Source: Planctomycetota bacterium
GTDB lineage: Bacteria > Planctomycetota > UBA1135 > UBA2386
DNA length: 64,000 bases
Assembly: GCA_947501605.1 (NCBI GenBank)
Contig: CANMWZ010000004.1
Span: 32,001 to 96,000 of the forward strand
Direction of reading: 5' to 3'
This document shows, piece after piece, positions 58,824 through 64,000 of the stretch. Below the pieces are notes generated by a model. That model did not search any database. It had not been told where the DNA came from and saw nothing but the letters and a program-made list of their open reading frames with translations. Each line of letters opens with the position of its first letter. Position 1 is the first letter of the stretch. A program made the position numbers and the translations under genes.

Positions 58824-60371
58824 TTAGAGCTGTCGGGGCCCCAGCTCGCGCCAAAGCCAGCGTCGGTCCAGGCGAGCGCACGCCTTGCGCGCGGCCTTCC
58901 CTGCATCTTGGTAGGAAGCATGGCTCAGGGTTGCAAGCGAGCCAAACAGTGCGGCGGCTCGCGGCCTCGCAGGCTCTGCGCTCGGCGGTTCGATCAGCAA
59001 CAGCAGGCGATCGACCTCGGCGGTGTGGTCGCAGAGCGCCCCCATTTTGACCAGCGCCTGGTCGACGCGGCCTCGTGCGCGGTTGCCCAGTGAGGGCACA
59101 GTCGGGGCGAGTTCCTGGCACAGGATACGCAAGCGCTTCGTCGCGAGTCGCAGCTCGTGGACCTGGTTGATGGGCGGGTCCTCGCCAAGTTCGCGCAGCA
59201 ACTTGCGCACGTGGCGTGCGGCACGCCGTCGCGCGATCGCCGCGCTGGCGGCGGGCAGCGCGCTTTCGCTCGGCTCGAACTCACCGCCTTCGCACAAGAT
59301 TCCGAGCTGGGCGAGTTCCTGGAGATGGGACTCGCCGCGCAAGTGCTCACGAACACTCGCCAGCGCGCCCTCGCGGGTTCTCCCCAGCATGTCCGTCAAT
59401 CGGTCCATCTCGGCGCGCAACGCCGACGGGACGCGATTCAGCAGCCGCGGCAGTCGTTGCAATTGGACGTCGCAGGCGCGTACCTCCGCGCAAGCGCGGT
59501 GCAGCGAGATCACTGCCTGCTTCGCCCGCACGAGCGCCTCTGGATGGAACAGTGAGCGGAACGCGCCAAAGAGCACTCGCAAGCGGCGCAGGCTTACCCG
59601 GAGCGCGTGCACGTCCGTGGGGGCGCCGCTGCCTCGCACCGCCGCTTCGTGTTGACGGAGCGCTTCGTACGAACGGCGCAGAACCACCGCGAGCAGGGTG
59701 CCGAGCGTGCGCGGCGGCGTATCGTCGTCGTGCGGCTCGGGCAGCAGCGCAAGCACACGCAGCGAGTGGGTCAGCTTGTCATCGATGGCGGGCTCGACGG
59801 GCAGGATCGCCAACACTTGCTCGATCGCGCGGTGGCACGCAGGCAGGTCGGCGTGCACTTCGAGTTCGATCTCGAAGAATGACGTCGAGCGGCCGTTCAC
59901 GTCGGCAGTGACTCGGTCGACGGCGAACTCGCCGATCGACGTGCCGCCGTGGGCCAGCGCCAAGCGCTCGCGCTCGACGTGCAACTCGACCATGGGACGC
60001 AACGGGCGGTCCAGCGAGAATGGCTCGATGGCATCGCGCAAGCGCTCGGGTAGTGCCTGCGCGCAGGATGGAAGCGCGGTTCCTTGCCACGGCGCCTCGA
60101 TCTCGGTGCGCACGTGCAACGCGCCTTCGCGTTTTCCGCGGCGCTTGTAGCAGAGTACTCCGTCGTCCTCGCTGCGCCGCAGTCGAAGGCCGATCCCCCG
60201 TCGCAGCAAACACTGGCGGTCGTCGTCGAGGTAGACATCGCGGTGCTGCCCGCTGCCCATGGGGGCGAGCTCGAAACCGCTGTCACGGAGCGCGTCTACG
60301 AGAGCTTCGGCGCGGATTGCGATCGCTGCGCGCAGCTTGAACTCGAGCTCCGGTTGACGTTCCTGGTTCAT
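58824..60371 (-). CDS. CYTH + CHAD domain protein (polyphosphate-binding/metabolism)
   Basis: ELEFK, DVYLD, LRLRR, RTEIE, EIELE (CYTH); VHALRVSLRRLR and VHELRLATKRLR (CHAD). Confidence 0.88.
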   Translation of the reverse strand: MNQERQPELEFKLRAAIAIRAEALVDALRDSGFELAPMGSGQHRDVYLDDDRQCLLRRGIGLRLRRSEDDGVLCYKRRGKREGALHVRTEIEAPWQGTALPSCAQALPERLRDAIEPFSLDRPLRPMVELHVERERLALAHGGTSIGEFAVDRVTADVNGRSTSFFEIELEVHADLPACHRAIEQVLAILPVEPAIDDKLTHSLRVLALLPEPHDDDTPPRTLGTLLAVVLRRSYEALRQHEAAVRGSGAPTDVHALRVSLRRLRVLFGAFRSLFHPEALVRAKQAVISLHRACAEVRACDVQLQRLPRLLNRVPSALRAEMDRLTDMLGRTREGALASVREHLRGESHLQELAQLGILCEGGEFEPSESALPAASAAIARRRAARHVRKLLRELGEDPPINQVHELRLATKRLRILCQELAPTVPSLGNRARGRVDQALVKMGALCDHTAEVDRLLLLIEPPSAEPARPRAAALFGSLATLSHASYQDAGKAARKACARLDRRWLWRELGPRQL

Positions 60372-61903
60372 GGTCGCAACAACACGACTTCCTTGCCGAA
60401 GAGCTGTTGGAACAGCTCGCTCTTCTCGGCGACAGCCTGTCGCTCGAGGGTGAGTTGACTGTGCTGGCCCGGGGCGAGTCTTGGCAACAGCTCGACACGG
60501 TTCTCGGCAAAGCGGACCGAGATCGTGCGCACGAGGCCGGCGTGTTGGCGGTCGAGCGCGTCTGCGAGTCGCAGCAATGAGGCGAGTCGTTCGACGGAGC
60601 TGCGGTCGCGGCGACGCAGCCGTGAGTAGGCTTCATGTTCGCGGTTTGGTGGCGAGCGACGGTGGTACCGAGCGAGCAGGGCGACGAAGCGCCGTTCGTC
60701 GTCGGCGAGGCCGACGATGTCGCTCGACTCGATCAGATACTGCGAGTGCTTGTGGTGTCCGTCGTTGTTGACCGCGACGCCGATGTCGTGGAGCAGCGCG
60801 GCGGCCTCGAGCAAGACTCGTGCTCGTGCATCGAGGCCATGCAGTTCGCGCATTTGATCGAACAGCTGGCGCGAGAGTTCGAGAACCGTCTCGGCGTGCT
60901 CGGTCTCGAAGTGGTAGCGCCGGCCGAGTGCCCGGCACGCCGACAAGACGGTCTCCACATGGGCTTCTGGCGCGAATGCGTCGAAGTGACCCGCTGCGAG
61001 TTCGGCGAGCAACCCGTCCTTGATGCCGACGCGAGGCACCAGCACGTGGCTGCAACCAGCGAGTTCGCCGATGCGGACGTAGACGACGCCAGCGGGCACG
61101 ATCGTGTCGGCGCGATCCGCCTTGAGGCCGCGCTTTGCCATGCGTTCGTCATAGCTGAGCTCCGCCAGCGCCAGGACCTCGTTGCGGGCAGCGTCGAGCC
61201 GGCAGCTGTCGATGTCGCCCTGGCCCGGCTCTGGACCGACGAGGTCGCAGAGGCTCTCGATGTTGCCACCGACGGCGACGTAGCGGTCGATCCGCCCAGC
61301 GGCGAAATGGTCGCCAATGCGCCGTTCGAGGCCGCGCAGGTGGCGTTGCAGCAAGTCGACGAAGGTCTCGCCGGTGGCCTGTGCGTCGGGCAGCATCGAC
61401 AGCAAGCGCAACGCGCCAAGGCGGTACGAGTCAGCCTCGACAACCTGACCGTTTTCGACCACGACGATCTCGACGCTGCCGCCGCCGACATCGACCAGCA
61501 CCGAGCGACCGCGTTGCAAGTCGATGCGGGTTTCCACCGCGCGCGCCAAGAGCCATGCCTCCTGGGTCCCAGAAATCACCTCGATCTCGATGCCAGAGGC
61601 TGCGCGCACTCGATCGATCAACACGTCGCGATTTCGAGCTTCGCGCACCGCGGAGGTGGCGATCGCCCGAACCTGTTTGACTTCGAACCGGTCGCAGGTC
61701 GCTCGAAACCGGCGGAACGCATCCACGACGTTGGAGATCAGGGTCTCGGGTACCTGACCGCTCGCAAACACCTCCCGCCCGAGTCGGACCGGGAGGCGGT
61801 GGTTCTCGACGATCGTGGTGCCCGATGGGCCGACTTCAGCAACCAGCATGCGGATCGCGTTGGATCCCATGTCGACGATTCCAATGCGCGGTGGCACTGC
61901 CAT
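60368..61903 (-). CDS. ppx: Exopolyphosphatase Ppx/GppA family phosphatase with C-terminal HD domain
   Basis: VDMGSNAIRM, ATSAVREARN, VDVGGGSVE, RADTI, LHDIG...HHKHS, ARYHR, LRLADALD. Confidence 0.9.
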   Translation of the reverse strand: MAVPPRIGIVDMGSNAIRMLVAEVGPSGTTIVENHRLPVRLGREVFASGQVPETLISNVVDAFRRFRATCDRFEVKQVRAIATSAVREARNRDVLIDRVRAASGIEIEVISGTQEAWLLARAVETRIDLQRGRSVLVDVGGGSVEIVVVENGQVVEADSYRLGALRLLSMLPDAQATGETFVDLLQRHLRGLERRIGDHFAAGRIDRYVAVGGNIESLCDLVGPEPGQGDIDSCRLDAARNEVLALAELSYDERMAKRGLKADRADTIVPAGVVYVRIGELAGCSHVLVPRVGIKDGLLAELAAGHFDAFAPEAHVETVLSACRALGRRYHFETEHAETVLELSRQLFDQMRELHGLDARARVLLEAAALLHDIGVAVNNDGHHKHSQYLIESSDIVGLADDERRFVALLARYHRRSPPNREHEAYSRLRRRDRSSVERLASLLRLADALDRQHAGLVRTISVRFAENRVELLPRLAPGQHSQLTLERQAVAEKSELFQQLFGKEVVLLRP

Positions 61904-62005
61904 GGTGGGTCAACGTAGCGAACAAACCGGCGCTGGCCACCGGTTGTTCGCCCACCGCGAACCGCCGGGCTGAACTGGGGAGCCAGCTTGCTACACTTCG
62001 CCGCC

Positions 62006-62641
62006 ATGGCTGAGCGCCCCGAAGACCCGAAGGACCCGCTGCCGCTTTCCAGCACGCTGCACCACGTCAAGCAGGTGCAAGACGAGGTCGACGTCGATGT
62101 CCACTGGACCAATCTGCACACCAAGATGCAGAAGTGGATCGAGGATGCGGTTCGCCACGAGAACCTGCCGGCTGACCGGAGTCTGGATGACCTAGCGCAG
62201 GACGTGTTGTTGCAGATCTGCAAGGACATCGGCGAGTTCAAGATCGAACCCGGCGCGTCGTTTTCGGGCTGGGTCAAGACCGTTGCCAAGCGCAAGTTGC
62301 TCGACACCTGGCGCCGCGCCCGTACGACGAAGCGAGGCAAGGGCAAGCTGCGTCACCTCGGCGAGTTCGACGAAGAGGGGGGACGCGAGCATTTTGCCGA
62401 CGAACGAAGCGAGCGACCCAGCATGTTGGTCCGCTACGACGAACTCAGTCGATCGATGCTGCAAGCGATGCAGAAGCTCAGCGACAAGCATCGCCGCGTG
62501 ATCGAGCTGCGCATGTTCCAGGGCAAGGCCTACAGCGAGATCCTCGGCGAGCTCGGCTACACCAAGGAAGTCACGGTTCGGTCGCTCTACATGCGTGCCG
62601 TGCAGGAACTACAGGCATTGCTTCAGCCCTACGCGGACTGA
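62006..62641 (+). CDS. ECF-type sigma-70 factor
   Basis: DDLAQDVLL region 2, FSGWVKTVAKRKLLDTWR, region 4 LSDKHRRVIELRMFQGKAYSEI...TVRSLYMRA. Confidence 0.88.
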   Translation: MAERPEDPKDPLPLSSTLHHVKQVQDEVDVDVHWTNLHTKMQKWIEDAVRHENLPADRSLDDLAQDVLLQICKDIGEFKIEPGASFSGWVKTVAKRKLLDTWRRARTTKRGKGKLRHLGEFDEEGGREHFADERSERPSMLVRYDELSRSMLQAMQKLSDKHRRVIELRMFQGKAYSEILGELGYTKEVTVRSLYMRAVQELQALLQPYAD

Positions 62642-62667
62642 CGGGCCGGACGCTCTCGCCGACGAAG

Positions 62668-63543
62668 TCAGTCGTTGCGCGGCGTGCGTGGGCGTGTGTT
62701 CCGTTCGCCGGTGCTCTCGGTTTCGAGTTGCTGCAGCACTCGGTCGATCTCGGCGCGCAGTTGTGCCACCTCCCGGCGTTGCTCCCGGACCTTCGCCAGG
62801 ATCTGGGCCCGGGCGGCCGCGTCGGCGCGAACTTCGGCCAGGGCGGTGTCACGTTCGCCTTCGGCATCGGCGGCGCGCGCCTCTGTTGCGACGCGCTGGC
62901 TTTCGAAATCGCGTCGGAGTGCGTCGGTGGCATTCGCATGTAACGTCCGCTGCTCGGACAACTGCTGCTCGAGCTTCGCCATGCGCGCCGTTGCGTCCTT
63001 CAGCGTTTCGGCTGTCCGCGCCTCCGCTGCAGTCAATGCGAGCCGCGCATCGTCGCGCTCCTTTTCAGCGGTGGACGCCTGCGTCTGTAGCGTCGTGCGC
63101 ATCGTGTCGAGCTGTTGCTGTAGCACTACCAACGAGCGCGCGTTGGCCGATCGCTGATCCTCCAGCTGCTGTTCCAACCGTGTGAGACGTTCGGCGTCGC
63201 GGCTCTTCTGCTGCGCGTTGGCGGCCCGCTCCGCCGCGAGCTCCAGCTTCGCTTGTTCCGCTGCGACCGTCGCCGCCGCGGCGGTGTTCTGCAAGGTCTG
63301 CTCCTTCTCGGCGCTCGCTTGCTGAGCCGCCTTGCGCGCCAACTGCAGTTCGCGGACGGTCGCATCGACCCGCTGCAGACTTTGTTCGAGACGAGCCGCA
63401 GAGTTGGCGATCGCATCCAGAGGCTTGGTGACAGCCGGCGGCTGCCCGATGGTCTCGACGACGGCATTTTGCGCTGCGACCGGTGCGAGCGAGGTCAAGC
63501 TGAGGACGGAGGCGGCGATGGTGACGGCGCGGTGCAGATCCAT
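62668..63543 (-). CDS. Secreted coiled-coil hypothetical protein
   Basis: Signal peptide (...LAPVAAQ) followed by about 240 aa of heptad-rich Ala/Glu/Gln/Arg sequence. Confidence 0.7.
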   Translation of the reverse strand: MDLHRAVTIAASVLSLTSLAPVAAQNAVVETIGQPPAVTKPLDAIANSAARLEQSLQRVDATVRELQLARKAAQQASAEKEQTLQNTAAAATVAAEQAKLELAAERAANAQQKSRDAERLTRLEQQLEDQRSANARSLVVLQQQLDTMRTTLQTQASTAEKERDDARLALTAAEARTAETLKDATARMAKLEQQLSEQRTLHANATDALRRDFESQRVATEARAADAEGERDTALAEVRADAAARAQILAKVREQRREVAQLRAEIDRVLQQLETESTGERNTRPRTPRND

Positions 63544-63627
63544 GAGAGGCCGCGGATCCTACCGCGCGGCCGGCGTCGCGGGCCTTGTCGTTGCCTCGCC
63601 GGCTTCTGCAGTCCAGAATGACCCGCC

Positions 63628-64000
63628 ATGTCGCTGCAGCGCTACGTCGGTGCCGCCTGGGCCTCGGTGCACGGCCCCACCGATCCCGTCCGCTTGTTGC
63701 GTTGGCTGTGCGAGGCCAAGTTCCATGGCTTGGTGCCCTCGCCGTCGCCGCGTCCGATTGCCTATGCAGCGATGGCGGATGCGGCAACCGACTACCCGAT
63801 CGACTTCCCTGCCGTCCGCTGCAGTTCGATCCTCGCAGAACGGCCGACCACTGCCGGTCTTGCCTCGGCCAGGGAGGGCGATCTCCGCCTCGCCAAGCAG
63901 GCAGCGCAGCAAGGTGTCGCGCTTGCCGCCTCGGTGGCAACCCGGTGTGTCATCCTCGAGCCAGGTCTGGTCCCGGTAATGGGGGAGATCGAGCGCGAAG
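63628..64000 (+). CDS. N-terminal part of a possible sugar-phosphate isomerase/epimerase-like (AP endonuclease 2 TIM-barrel) protein, 3' truncated
   Basis: Open from ATG 63628 to the window end: MSLQRYVG...GLASAREGDLRLAKQAAQQGVALAASVATRCVILEPG, resembling the LAS..ER..A....IxLAxxLGxxxVVLHxG pattern. Not in the ORF track. Confidence 0.5.
   Translation, partial: MSLQRYVGAAWASVHGPTDPVRLLRWLCEAKFHGLVPSPSPRPIAYAAMADAATDYPIDFPAVRCSSILAERPTTAGLASAREGDLRLAKQAAQQGVALAASVATRCVILEPGLVPVMGEIERE

Overview
GC-rich bacterial chromosomal window, probably from a Planctomycetota/PVC-type organism (inference from a PVC-type CxxCH heme protein, a prenyltransferase/squalene-oxidase-repeat protein and FG-GAP/PKD surface proteins). 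It is mostly core genome: polA, recJ, selA-selD, nusA-infB-DUF503-rbfA, an RlmI-like methylase, thiS/thiG, mfd, rnc, typA, maf, dtd, hsp20, ppx and a CYTH-CHAD gene. Signals the ORF track misses or does not explain: (1) selD is a selenoprotein, with an in-frame TGA at 10485 and a downstream SECIS-like hairpin; (2) a type-IV-pilus/T2SS minor-pilin trio (V/I-, W/J-, X/K-like) in which the V/I-like pilin is a giant 1190-aa protein and the X/K-like gene is convergent across a decayed spacer containing an IS630 remnant; (3) a FixL-like heme-PAS kinase with a REC-kinase and NarL-type regulator next to that locus; (4) a cytochrome c peroxidase-family protein with a remodelled peroxidatic site; (5) a structured rnc leader that may be an RNase III autoregulatory site; (6) a sigma54-type promoter upstream of hsp20. 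No rRNA, tRNA or CRISPR array was seen. All calls come from reading motifs by eye; no searches were run.
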